From an uncultured Clostridium sp. (GTDB taxonomy: Bacteria; Bacillota; Clostridia; TANB77; CAG-508), in contig CAOJKP010000002.1 in the NCBI GenBank assembly GCA_948438085.1, positions 32,021 through 96,020 on the forward strand: a DNA stretch of 64,000 bases, in the 5' to 3' direction. Below are positions 9,379-18,887 of this stretch, one piece after another. Made by a program: the position numbers and the translations under genes. The notes under the pieces were generated by a model. It was not told where the DNA came from. It worked only from the letters and a program-made list of their open reading frames with translations, and searched no databases. Numbering within the stretch: the first letter of the stretch is position 1; each line of letters starts with the position of its first letter.

Positions 9379-9588
9379 ATGGCTGATATGAAAGAAACTT
9401 ATACTTTAATGTTTACAGATTACCCAGACATTGTAAATCTTACACAAATGAGAAAAATGTTAGGTGGTATTAGTAATACTCTTGCATATCGTATGTTAAG
9501 AGAAAAGAAAATTAAAAGTAAAAAAGTTGGCAGAGAATATAAAATTCCTAAAGTTAATGTTATCAAATATGTGATGACAGAACAGTAG
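9379..9588 (+). CDS. xis: excisionase-type (MerR/HTH_17-like) DNA-binding protein
   Basis: Small HTH protein (MRKMLGGISNTLAYRMLREKKIKSKKVGREYKIP) immediately upstream of the integrase. Confidence 0.5.
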   Translation: MADMKETYTLMFTDYPDIVNLTQMRKMLGGISNTLAYRMLREKKIKSKKVGREYKIPKVNVIKYVMTEQ

Positions 9589-9669
9589 GAATTTTTTTAT
9601 TATCATGGTATAATACACAAAATATCAATGATAAGTTAAATATAAACTGTTACAACGGAAAGGAGAAAT

Positions 9670-10890
9670 ATGATAACAGGTAGCTTACAAAAAAAGAAAG
9701 GTCTTTATTATGCAGTTTTAAATTTATATGATGACTATGGAAAAAGAAAACCGAAATGGATTCCTACAGGTTATACTATAAAAGGAAACAAGAAAAAGGC
9801 TGAAGAAAAATTAGAACAATTTAAAATTGAGTATGAACAAAAATCTAAAATACAATTAAGAGATCCAAACATATATGATAAATATAAAAACATTTTATTT
9901 TGTGATTATATGTTGGAGTGGCTAGAAAAACAAAAAGGAAAAGTTGAACAAACAACCTATATAGGTTATGAGCAAGTAATTAAAGGTAGATTATACAAAT
10001 ACTTTAGAGCAAAGAAAATAAAATTAGTTGATTTGAAACCTAAACACATTCAAGACTTTTTTGATTTACTATTTGCATAGGGTCTATCTGGAAATACAGT
10101 AAAACATTATAGAGCAAATATTAGTAGAGCTTTAAAAAGTGCAGTTATCACAGAAATAATAGATAGCAACCCTGCTACTAAATTAGAAACAATTAAAACT
10201 AAAGAATATACAGCAGATTATTATACACAAGATGAGTTACTAAAACTAATGGAAATTATTAAAACTACACCTATTGAATTGCCAGTAATTATAGCTGGTA
10301 TATATGGCTTAAGGCGTGAAGAAGTTATTGGTATTAAATGGAATGCTATTGATTTCAAAGCAAAAACATTAACAATTAGACATACAGTAGGTCGTGGAAA
10401 AATTGATGGTGTTACACAATTCATTTTCAAAGATAGAGCAAAAAGTGATTCAGGTTATAGAACTTTACCTTTATTTGATTTCATTGCTGATTTATTAAAT
10501 ACCTATAAAGATAAGTATGAAGAATATAAAAAGTTTTATGGCAATACTTATTGCAATGATTATAAAGACTATATATGTTTAATGGAAAATGGAGAACTAA
10601 TGAAACCTGGATATGTAACACAAACTTTTAGTAAAGTATTAGATAGCAATAATTTACGACATATTAGGTTACACGATTTAAGGCATAGTTTTGTGGAACT
10701 TTATTAATTCAAAATGGTGTACCAGTTAAAGACATGCAAATATGGCTAGGTCATTCTAATTTTCAAACTACTTTAAGATATGCACATGCTGATATAGAAA
10801 ATAAAAGAATTTCTGCAAGTGTTATTAGTGATAAACTTGCATTAGATATAAAAGATACAAAAAAAGAACAAATTACCGAACTCGCTATTT
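9670..10890 (+). pseudogene. int: tyrosine integrase (Tn916-Int-like), inactivated
   Basis: N-terminal arm-binding region, core-binding region and catalytic HDLRHSF...LGHSNFQTTLRYAH. Carries an in-frame TAG at 10078-10080 and a -1 frameshift near 10693-10700. Neither defect is at a CGG. Confidence 0.8.
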
Positions 10891-11019
10891 AGGTAATCTG
10901 TCTTAAAAAATACATTTCTAACTATTTATAAAAATTCTAATTTTGGAAAAGTGTTAGAACTTTGCACTATTTTTATAATTAAAGCCTCAAGCATAATCTT
11001 ACGAAACACTTGAGGTTCT

Positions 11020-11038
11020 AATGGTGCAGATGGGAATG
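11020..11038. repeat. att copy A (tRNA-Leu 3'-end derived)
   Basis: AATGGTGCAGATG---GGAAT compared with the tRNA + strand AATGGTGCAGATGATCGGAAT (57269-57289). Confidence 0.6.
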
Positions 11039-11151
11039 TTCAAAGTTGTGTAATATGCTATTTATAAGCATTATTTATATTTAGTCCGAGCAGATTACGA
11101 GCAAAAGATTTAATAACAAATAATGTTATATATTGTTAAAGATAAACTATT

Positions 11152-11466
11152 TTAAATTTTATCCGTCCAATTAGAAGCACCATATAAAATTCTTTCAATA
11201 TTTACAATTTTATTGTTTTCACTTATTCTATAAAAGACAATGTAATTTTTTATAATTAACTTATATATCTTAGAATAATTTTTGACTTTAATATCTACAA
11301 CAGCAAACCTATGTGGGTTATATGCTAATTTTTCAATTTCTTCATTTATCAATATTGAATATTTATTAGCAATAGTAGGTTCTACTAAACTATATTTAAT
11401 GTATCTAATAATATCAAAATAGTCATTTCTAGCCTCTTTTGAAAATTTTATTTTGTAATTTTCCAT
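11152..11466 (-). CDS. RelE/ParE-family type II toxin
   Basis: MENYKIKFSKEARNDYFDIIRYI...NYIVFYRISENNKIVNIERILYG fits the ParE/RelE pattern. GGAG precedes the ATG at 11466. Confidence 0.65.
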   Translation of the reverse strand: MENYKIKFSKEARNDYFDIIRYIKYSLVEPTIANKYSILINEEIEKLAYNPHRFAVVDIKVKNYSKIYKLIIKNYIVFYRISENNKIVNIERILYGASNWTDKI

Positions 11467-11485
11467 AATTAAATTCTCCGATTTG

Positions 11486-11728
11486 CTATATTTTTTGTAC
11501 TTCTTCAAAGACTTCTTCAAGAGAATAAACTTCGCCTTTTTCTGTACTTTCAATTCCTGATTCTAATTTCTTTTTTAAATCTTCTTTATCTTTTATAATT
11601 AAGTTTTGTGGTGCATTATTTATAATAGAATTAAATTTTAAATATTCTATATAATCGAGAACTTGAATTGCAAGTTCTTCTGGTAAAGTTTCTATTGATT
11701 TTAATAATTCTTGTTTTTCTACTGACAT
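11486..11728 (-). CDS. cognate antitoxin
   Basis: 80-codon acidic protein directly upstream of the toxin in the same operon. Confidence 0.45.
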   Translation of the reverse strand: MSVEKQELLKSIETLPEELAIQVLDYIEYLKFNSIINNAPQNLIIKDKEDLKKKLESGIESTEKGEVYSLEEVFEEVQKI

Positions 11729-11803
11729 AATTAATCTCCCTTCAAATTATATATAATATATTATAGCACACATATTATATTTTTCATACAATTTTAAAAG
11801 ATT

Positions 11804-11873
11804 TTACGAATGTTTTTGGATAAAAATAAAACTAGATGAATTGAGTTAAATTCATCTAGTTTTGGTGCAAATG
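11804..11873. repeat. att copy B inside a 70-bp direct repeat
   Basis: 66/70 identical to 20486-20555. Contains hairpin AAACTAGATGAATT...AATTCATCTAGTTT and TGGTGCAAATG. Confidence 0.7.
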
Positions 11874-12039
11874 TTACAGGTCAAAGTAGGGAAGAGAGCT
11901 ATCTTAGTACTTGTCTCGTGCATAAAATATATTATTAAATAGTGTCAAAAAAAGATTATAAAAATAAATTTGACAGTTACAGATTTTTGCTTACTTATTC
12001 GAAAATTTTTGAAAAATCTTTATAAAAGTGCGAATAAAA

Positions 12040-13002
12040 TTATTGGCTATTTTGCGACATTTCATTTGCACGATCAGCTAAGAAGTTAAAAAGAAATTCA
12101 TTTATTCGAACAGCTCTTGTACATGAACCGTTTTGAGCAGTGCCTTTGTATACTCCTACAAGAATATTTGAGCTACTATCTAAAATAGCACCACCACTAT
12201 ATCCGTAACCTCCAGTACAAGACATTTCTAATACAGTATCAGTTGCATTTAAAATGCAACCTCTTGAGCTATACATATAGTTATTACTTATTGAATCACC
12301 AGGATATCCAAGTAATGTCGCTTCTTTGCCAGGTACAGAGTCAATGTTTGTGTAATATCCATATAATTGAAATGTATCATAGCTACTTGATATATTACAA
12401 ACAGCCCAATCCTTATCACCATTAAGTGTAGGAAAATTAACATAACCTCTTGGAACAGAATACTGAAGTGTATAAGAAGAACCTAATGGATTATTACCTC
12501 CATTTCTTGCAGGTGATACTTCAACACTTGTAGCCCAACCACCACATTCAGAGTCATAAACTAAATGTGCAGCTGTTAATATAACATTAAAGTATACTAA
12601 CGTAGCACTGCCACCTTTTACAGAGGAGTCAGGAAAAGTTGCTGTTATATGACATATATTTCGGTAGGGTGAAGCTAATGTATCGGTAACTTTATTTACT
12701 GTTGGTTGAGGTCCTACAATAATATTTCCATTAGAAGAAGTGCTCTCTAATCCAATTATATCGGTTGAGCCATCTTCTGAATAGAAGTTTGTAGTCATAG
12801 AAGTGTAGTCAAAAGAGACTTCTTCAGTGGTTGTTTCTCCAGTAGCTACATCATATGTGATAACTGTATTATCAGAATCTGAGTTTACAGGAAAAGATGA
12901 ATCTGTTGCGTATACATTTACACTAACAGTTGCAATAATTATAGTAAGGGTTAATATAAATGATATAGTCCGTTTAATTGATGAAATAATAGTGCCTTTC
13001 AT
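12040..13002 (-). CDS. secreted trypsin-like (S1B/glutamyl-endopeptidase-like) serine protease
   Basis: Signal peptide. LTAAHLVY (His), DKDWAV (Asp), GYGYSGGAIL (Ser). Codon 11 is an in-frame CGG without a frame change. Confidence 0.65.
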   Translation of the reverse strand: MKGTIISSIKRTISFILTLTIIIATVSVNVYATDSSFPVNSDSDNTVITYDVATGETTTEEVSFDYTSMTTNFYSEDGSTDIIGLESTSSNGNIIVGPQPTVNKVTDTLASPYRNICHITATFPDSSVKGGSATLVYFNVILTAAHLVYDSECGGWATSVEVSPARNGGNNPLGSSYTLQYSVPRGYVNFPTLNGDKDWAVCNISSSYDTFQLYGYYTNIDSVPGKEATLLGYPGDSISNNYMYSSRGCILNATDTVLEMSCTGGYGYSGGAILDSSSNILVGVYKGTAQNGSCTRAVRINEFLFNFLADRANEMSQNSQ

Positions 13003-13186
13003 AGAATACCTCCTATATATGTGTCATTTTTTGTGTACTATTCGGATATATTCACGAATAATGTAGTAGTATATTATCAAACTATAAAATGTTTTGTCAA
13101 TAAAAAAAGTTTTGCAATATTCGACCTTTTTCGACACAATTTAATACAACAACAAGTGCTTATTTTTGTTGTTGTATTAGATTTTA

Positions 13187-13564
13187 TTAATTATCTAAAA
13201 TTTCTATTTTTGTAACCCAATCTAAACTTGCGGGAAATGTTTCAATGATTGTGTTACCTCTTGATGTAATTACAATTTTTTGACCTACTTGTAAATCTTC
13301 AATATGAATTGTTTTATTATTATATATTAATTTTGTGTGTTTGTTTACAGAAAAACGATATAATCCAGAATCAGATTCTCTTTTGGCTAATATGTTAAAA
13401 TGTTTATCATATTGACTTATTTTTTCTATAGTAGCAGTCATTGTCCAAGGTTTTGAAGTAAAGTAAAAATTAATATATTTGATACCAAAATTTAGAAACA
13501 ATGTTGTACATATAAAAATAATTAATATAACTATAATGATTAGTAAAAATTTTTGAGATTTCAT
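13187..13564 (-). CDS. small membrane-anchored protein (DUF3221-like?)
   Basis: N-terminal TM helix and beta-rich C-terminus. The family guess rests on size and pattern only. Confidence 0.35.
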   Translation of the reverse strand: MKSQKFLLIIIVILIIFICTTLFLNFGIKYINFYFTSKPWTMTATIEKISQYDKHFNILAKRESDSGLYRFSVNKHTKLIYNNKTIHIEDLQVGQKIVITSRGNTIIETFPASLDWVTKIEILDN

Positions 13565-13853
13565 ATAATATCACGTCCTTATAATTTTATAATAATTATA
13601 AATTTATAAATATGTAAAGTCAAATAAAAAAAGGAAAAAATGTCTTATCTAAATCTTGAATGACTTTAAAATGTGACTTTTCTTGTTATTTGTAAGTATG
13701 TTTATAATCGCTTTTTCACTTAATTCCACTTCTTATATACAAATCGACAATATTTGATATATTAACAATAAAATGGTAACATATGAGTATGATGTAGAAG
13801 GAAGCAAGGTAATATACGAATAAATTTGAAATAAACTATTATACTACATATAT

Positions 13854-14234
13854 CTATGAATAATCAATTTCTAATTTTATAATACGACTAATTTCTTCTA
13901 TAAAGTTTTTATTTGTAAATAGATATTGGTCGTATTCAAAACAAAAAATTTTTTCAAAATTTCGTATAGTTTTTTCTTCGTTTCTATTATTAAGAGTATA
14001 AGAAATATCATTTTTTACTTGTTTTGGAGTTATATTATGATATATAGTTGCAATATGTTTATAAATATCTTCAAATTTAAACATATCAGTATTAGATATT
14101 AATAGCATCTGAATTGCTTTGTTAAGATATTTAGCACCTCTATGGCTTGTATTTAATCCTATATCACGTAAAATATTAAAAATAATTAAAACTTGTTTAG
14201 GATTAATTGTAATACTTTTATTAAATCCATTCAT
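13854..14234 (-). CDS. stand-alone Spo0A C-terminal-like DNA-binding domain protein
   Basis: LRDIGLNTSHRGAKYLNKAIQMLL...IYKHIATIYHNITPKQVKNDISYTL...FTNKNFIEEISRII is collinear with the Spo0A C-domain at the end of this window ([23 protein letters not shown]...[24 protein letters not shown]...[14 protein letters not shown]). GGGGGT lies 7 nt before the ATG at 14234. Confidence 0.55.
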   Translation of the reverse strand: MNGFNKSITINPKQVLIIFNILRDIGLNTSHRGAKYLNKAIQMLLISNTDMFKFEDIYKHIATIYHNITPKQVKNDISYTLNNRNEEKTIRNFEKIFCFEYDQYLFTNKNFIEEISRIIKLEIDYS

Positions 14235-14348
14235 AATTATTACCCCCAATACAGAAACTGTAGAAGTAAACATTAGTTGTTCTAATCAATAATAATTCCT
14301 TATTACAATATAAGTGTATCAAAATTATGTAAACATATCAAAAATATA

Positions 14349-14397
14349 AAATCTGCATATAGTGCAGTGAAATATGCACTATATGCAGATTTTTTTA
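14349..14397. terminator. bidirectional terminator hairpin
   Basis: Perfect 19-bp stem AAAATCTGCATATAGTGCA / TGCACTATATGCAGATTTT flanked by T/A runs. Confidence 0.65.
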
Positions 14398-14461
14398 TAA
14401 ATAATTGTATATTTTAATAGAATTTATTAGTAAAATATACTATTTTAGATAGATTTTTATA

Positions 14462-14564
14462 AAATAACACGGGAGAATACGCAAATTCCCGTGTTTTAGT
14501 GCTTTAAATCTTAACCTTTAAAGCTATAATTAATATAAACTATTACGACTAATCTATATTAATT
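14462..14564 (-). ncRNA. ~100-nt sRNA candidate carrying an anti-SD sequence in its terminator
   Basis: Minus-strand promoter TTGAAA (14594-14599) -17 nt- TATAAT (14571-14576). Terminator CACGGGA..TCCCGTG + TTATTTT (14468-14493). Carries two blocks complementary to the upstream transcript (16 nt and 9 nt). Confidence 0.45.
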
Positions 14565-14604
14565 AATTTAATTATAAACTAAAATAGCATTATTTTCAAG
14601 TAAA

Positions 14605-14912
14605 TTACAGAAAATAGGGGAGAAACTAATCTCCCCCAAAAGCCGAATGACTTTTTTCTGTCAGCAATCGATTACCCACCAGGACAACCGACCACCATCA
14701 CATAATAAGTGTTTCATTTGCGTATTCTCCCTTGTATAAATTCTTCAAGTAAAAATTCAATGATGTAATACGAGAGAATAAGCAATGCTTAATCTTGTAT
14801 AAAAAATCCAGGCAGTCGTAATGCCTGAATGTTATCACTGAACATCAAGCATTACGCTTGTGGAATGGATTGATTATTAAGATTTCAAAGCCATTCTTTT
14901 TACTATGAAGTT
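14605..14912 (-). other. ~300-nt structured, GC-richer transcript carrying an 18-codon ORF
   Basis: Runs from the promoter at 14919-14947 to the terminator GGGGAGA..TCTCCCC + TATTTTCTG (14617-14637). Has mutually exclusive hairpins around 14808-14856. Confidence 0.45.
14661..14717 (-). CDS. 18-codon small ORF (MKHLLCDGGRLSWWVIDC)
   Basis: AAGGGAGAA SD with its GGGAG core 9 nt upstream of the ATG at 14717. The SD and AUG lie inside the 16-nt block complementary to the downstream sRNA. Confidence 0.3.
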   Translation of the reverse strand: MKHLLCDGGRLSWWVIDC

Positions 14913-14918
14913 ATATTT

Positions 14919-14947
14919 ATTATAACATATTTTTATATAAAAATCAA
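14919..14947 (-). promoter_or_regulatory. strong minus-strand promoter
   Basis: TTGATT (14942-14947), 17 nt, TGT-TATAAT (14919-14927), read on the minus strand. Confidence 0.55.
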
Positions 14948-14987
14948 TATATGCAAGATGTATCAAGCATTTGAAAGGTTTTTACGG

Positions 14988-15016
14988 TTGAAAAATTAGG
15001 AAGAAAATGGTATAAT
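14988..15016 (+). promoter_or_regulatory. promoter of the XRE-type regulator gene
   Basis: TTGAAA (14988-14993), 17 nt, TGG-TATAAT (15011-15016). Confidence 0.55.
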
Positions 15017-15053
15017 TAATATTAGGAAGATTTATTAAAGGAAGTGATGTGAT

Positions 15054-15767
15054 ATGGCTGAATTTAATAGAAAAGATTTTGGAGAAAGATTAAGAAAATT
15101 TAGAAAAGAAAAAGGATTAAGTCAAGAAAATCTTGCAAATGCAATTAATAAAAATGCAACTACTATTGGTAGATTTGAAAGTGGTAAACTTATTCCAAAT
15201 GCAGAGGAAATATATTTATTATGCAATGAACTAGAAATTAATGAAAGTGAGCTTTTTAATACTTCCAATAAAATAAATAAAAAAGATAGTTTTAATCCTT
15301 TTGAAACTAATACATTATATATTTATTACAATGGATATTATCCTTCTAGCAAAAAATTTGATAAATGTAAATTTAAAATAAATATTAAAGAAAAAGAAGA
15401 TTATTATGCACTAGAACTTGTAGATTATAAAACTAATAGAATATATTTAAGTGGGCATATAGAAACAGATAATTATATGGCTTTTTTCAAATTAAACAAT
15501 TATAAACCTAATAGTCCGCGTTTGGAGTGTACACAAATAAATGTAAATATTGCAAATGGTATTGATAGATTAATGAAAGGAGCTTTGTTTTGTACTAATG
15601 GTAAATATGAACCAAGTAGTAGAAAATGCTTTATATCTAAAATTGATTTGGAATTTACAGATGAAATGTTTGAAGAATTAAAAATAACTAAACAAGAATT
15701 TAGAGAAATGGAGAAAATAAATATATGGTACTTAGATGTAAAGAATAAAGAAGATTTTGAAAACTAA
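15054..15767 (+). CDS. XRE-family HTH regulator with ~170-aa C-terminal domain of unknown function
   Basis: LSQENLANAINKNATTIGRFESGK is an HTH. The C-terminal region is beta-rich. Confidence 0.6.
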   Translation: MAEFNRKDFGERLRKFRKEKGLSQENLANAINKNATTIGRFESGKLIPNAEEIYLLCNELEINESELFNTSNKINKKDSFNPFETNTLYIYYNGYYPSSKKFDKCKFKINIKEKEDYYALELVDYKTNRIYLSGHIETDNYMAFFKLNNYKPNSPRLECTQINVNIANGIDRLMKGALFCTNGKYEPSSRKCFISKIDLEFTDEMFEELKITKQEFREMEKINIWYLDVKNKEDFEN

Positions 15768-16049
15768 TAAGAAGCATTGAATTATGAATAATTAATTCAG
15801 TGCTTTTTTATAACAAATTTTGAACGTATTTCAAATTTTATAATCTTAATAAGTACTGATATTGATACACTTTTGGCAGTTTGCTAAAAGTGTATTTTCA
15901 GCTTTTTTTGACTTTGTTGGATATTATAAGGTTTTTTATGTAATTTTTGGGCTTTTATACTTTACTTAAAATTACAATGCTATCATAAAGTTAAGCTTAA
16001 GCCAAAAAAGACTATTGATAGTCAAATATATTTAAGGAGATTTTAATTA

Positions 16050-16217
16050 ATGAACAAAAAACAAAAAAAGTTGAAAAAAAATCAAAACATAGACTGCTTA
16101 TTTACTAAGGATATAATTAGCATAGATGACAAAAAGAATAAACAATATTTAGATGATTTTGCGTATCAACAATATTTGTCAAAATTAAATAACAAAGGTT
16201 GTGATTTTTATGAGTAA
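16050..16217 (+). CDS. small hypothetical protein (55 aa)
   Basis: AAGGAG precedes ATG 16050. The stop overlaps the next gene start. Confidence 0.35.
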   Translation: MNKKQKKLKKNQNIDCLFTKDIISIDDKKNKQYLDDFAYQQYLSKLNNKGCDFYE

Positions 16218-16737
16218 TAACAAAATTGTAATTATTTATCAAGAACCAGGAAAAAAGCCAGTATATCAAAAAATTAAAAATGATATAGCAGAAATTGAAA
16301 GAATGATAGGTGGAGAAACAGAAAATATTTTTTATGAGGATATAGTTATTGTTTGCAAAAAAGAAAGAAAAAATCTAAGACCTAATATTTACATTAATAA
16401 GGAATTCCTAAGTATAGGAGAAACTATAAGAGGAAATATAATTATTGTAAATAAAGAAAAAAATCAACTTAAAACACTTACAAAAGAAGAAGTTTTGAAG
16501 TATTTAGAATTTCTTAAAAATGCAAGTTTTCACTATGACAATGTAGACGAAAATGGAAGATTACTAATATTAAATGATAATAATTACATAAAAAGATTTG
16601 AGCAAAGAAAAAATCCAATAGATAGACAAAGAAATAATGAAGAAAATGAAAATCTAAATAATAGTAAAGCGTTAAAAATGATATTAGGAATACAAGCTAC
16701 AATTTTAAAATTTATAAAAGATAATAAGGAGGAGTAA
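16210..16737 (+). CDS. hypothetical protein (DUF3846-like, common in conjugative/mobilizable elements)
   Basis: IVIIYQEPGKKPV...IERMIGGETENIFYEDIVIVCKKE pattern. Family assignment is tentative. Confidence 0.4.
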   Translation: MSNNKIVIIYQEPGKKPVYQKIKNDIAEIERMIGGETENIFYEDIVIVCKKERKNLRPNIYINKEFLSIGETIRGNIIIVNKEKNQLKTLTKEEVLKYLEFLKNASFHYDNVDENGRLLILNDNNYIKRFEQRKNPIDRQRNNEENENLNNSKALKMILGIQATILKFIKDNKEE

Positions 16738-16741
16738 ATCA

Positions 16742-17050
16742 ATGGAAGAGATGAGAGAAATAACGCAACAAGTAGTAAATGAAATACAAAATACAGAAAG
16801 TAAAAATATTGTAATTGAAACGAAAGAAATATTAACACCAGAACAAAGAATAGTTGTAGAAACAATTAGAAGAATAAAAAATCCTTTTGCTATGTTAACT
16901 GTAAAAGATGTAATGAAAGATTTAAACATATGCGAAACAGTTGCATATAAGACATTTAAAAGAGAAGATTTCCCGTCTATAAATGTGGGAAAGAATAATC
17001 AAGTAATGTTAATTTCATATTTGCTATGGAAAATGAGTAAAAGAATTTAG
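16742..17050 (+). CDS. excisionase-like HTH protein
   Basis: LTVKDVMKDLNICETVAYKTFKREDFPSINVGK is an HTH_17-type motif directly upstream of the integrase. Confidence 0.45.
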   Translation: MEEMREITQQVVNEIQNTESKNIVIETKEILTPEQRIVVETIRRIKNPFAMLTVKDVMKDLNICETVAYKTFKREDFPSINVGKNNQVMLISYLLWKMSKRI

Positions 17051-17062
17051 GAGTGTAGTATT

Positions 17063-18283
17063 ATGGAAAAAAGTAAAAAAGAAAAAATTGGAAGCGTATA
17101 CTATGATAAAAGAGATAAAAAATGGAAAGTAGTTTATTACATAATTGATAATGAAACGAAACAAGAAAAAAGAAAATATAAATCTTTTCAAACAGAAAAA
17201 GAAGCTAGAGATTGTTTAACAAGTATTCAATGTCAAAAAGGAAATAGTTTATTTATAAAAAATAATGGAATACCATTAAATATGCTTATGAAACAAATTG
17301 CTGAAAAGAAATTAGATTTAAATTTAGTTGGAGAAAGAACATATGCAAGAATAATAGAAACAATAAAAACTATTGAAAAAACAGAGTTATCAAAGCAAAA
17401 TATTAATGAAATAACAAGTAATGAAATACAGGAATATATGAATACTTTAAAAGATTATAGTAATTCTACAATTAAGAAGATAAGAGAACAATTTTCACAA
17501 GCATTTAAAGAAGGTATTAATAAGGGATATATTATAAGAAATCCAATGAATGATGTAATTAGCCCCAAAAGTAATAAAAAAAATAAAATAGTTAGAGCTT
17601 TAGAAATAGAAGAACAACAGCAATTAACTAATTATTTAAGAAGTGTTTCTATTACAAACGAGCCTTACAAAGTAGCATATTTAATTGAAATGTATCTGGG
17701 ACTTCGTGTAGGTGAAGCTTTAGCATTAAGAAGTACAGATATTAATTTGCATAAAAACTTAATTTCAGTAACAAAAACTTTATCAACTGATAAAGAACAT
17801 AAAATTATAATGAAATATTTACCTAAAACTTTTGGGGGAATTAGAGAAGTACCTATTCCAGGTTTTATAAGAGATGAAATAATACGCCAAATGCAAATAG
17901 CAGAGGAAAATAGAGATAAACAATTATTTTTGAATAAAGATAATAATTATGTAAGACCAGAGAATACAAATAGAAGATTAAAAGAGATATTAAGAGCTAT
18001 TGGAGTAACTGGAATATCTTCACATAGTTTGCGACATACTTATGGAACACGTTGCATTGAAGCAGGAATGAGAGCAGTTGCACTACAAAGATTAATGGGA
18101 CATACTGATGTAGCAATAACATTAAATACATATACGTCTGTTTTTAACAAATACAAAGAAGCGGAGCTAGAAAAAGTTAATAATTATTATATGAATAATG
18201 AAATAGTAAATACAGATTACTTACTAGAAGAAAACCAAAAAATATTAAATGAGAAAGGAGAACAAGAAATTGAGGAAAGATGA
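17063..18283 (+). CDS. int: tyrosine recombinase/integrase of the IME
   Basis: LGLRVGEALALR, SSHSLRHTYGTRCIEAG, LMGHTDVAITLNTYTSV (R..HxxR..Y catalytic set). Confidence 0.85.
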   Translation: MEKSKKEKIGSVYYDKRDKKWKVVYYIIDNETKQEKRKYKSFQTEKEARDCLTSIQCQKGNSLFIKNNGIPLNMLMKQIAEKKLDLNLVGERTYARIIETIKTIEKTELSKQNINEITSNEIQEYMNTLKDYSNSTIKKIREQFSQAFKEGINKGYIIRNPMNDVISPKSNKKNKIVRALEIEEQQQLTNYLRSVSITNEPYKVAYLIEMYLGLRVGEALALRSTDINLHKNLISVTKTLSTDKEHKIIMKYLPKTFGGIREVPIPGFIRDEIIRQMQIAEENRDKQLFLNKDNNYVRPENTNRRLKEILRAIGVTGISSHSLRHTYGTRCIEAGMRAVALQRLMGHTDVAITLNTYTSVFNKYKEAELEKVNNYYMNNEIVNTDYLLEENQKILNEKGEQEIEER

Positions 18284-18533
18284 AATACAAAAAAGAATTA
18301 ATGGGCTTAATGAATATATGCTATCTAATAGTGATTTGCAATTACTATTATTAAAAATATCAAATGATTATACATACAACAAAGCAGTAGCATTAATAGA
18401 AAAAAATGATAAAAGAAAAAACTGGTATTCAGTTGATGATAAAAATTGTTTTAAAACCTGGGAAGAAGTAGACGCATTTATAGACGGATTATGCAAAGGC
18501 AAAAATACAAACTTTGAAGAACACGAAAGATAA
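18249..18533 (+). CDS. hypothetical protein (start uncertain, TTG 18270 possible)
   Basis: ORF overlaps the integrase 3' end. Followed by hairpin GGAAAACG..CGTTTTCC. Confidence 0.4.
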   Translation: MRKENKKLRKDEIQKRINGLNEYMLSNSDLQLLLLKISNDYTYNKAVALIEKNDKRKNWYSVDDKNCFKTWEEVDAFIDGLCKGKNTNFEEHER

Positions 18534-18748
18534 ATTCATAAAAATGATTAAACTTGTTTAATTATTTTTATGAATAATGCGGAAAGGTTTGGAAAACGGC
18601 AAACGTTTTCCAAGTAAGATTTTTTAAATAGAGATTATTTATTATAGCACTTTTTATAAATTATTCAGAAAACGAATAATGATAGAAATTTTTAAAAAAT
18701 CTTGAATAATGGGTTTATTAAGGGAAATATGTTCCCTTAAGCACACAA

Positions 18749-18791
18749 AGAACACTTTTTAACGAAGTGTAAAAAAGTGTTCTAGTGTGTT
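18749..18791 (+). promoter_or_regulatory. oriT-like region for the MobV relaxase
   Basis: 12-bp inverted repeat AGAACACTTTTT/AAAAAGTGTTCT (18749-18760, 18772-18783) followed by TAGTGTGTT, which resembles the pMV158-type nick sequence. Lies immediately upstream of mob. Confidence 0.45.
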
Positions 18792-18887
18792 CTAACACTT
18801 TTAAAGTAGTGTTATTTAAGAAAGAATAGAAGTGTTAGAACATAAGTAAGACTACGAAGCGTAAAAAAGAATGGGGGCGAATAAAAT

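Larger units (their letters stand above)
7118..11038. mobile_element. decayed integrative element remnant (may extend left to ~4575)
   Basis: Contains xis-like gene, dead tyrosine integrase and a type I TA. Ends at att copy A derived from the tRNA-Leu 3' end. Left border not identified. Confidence 0.45.

Noticed and set aside
14471-14731. Retron msr/msd (flanking a1/a2-type inverted repeats)
   Set aside because: No reverse transcriptase gene is adjacent. The repeat coincides with an SD/AUG and a terminator hairpin, which fits an antisense-regulation model better.
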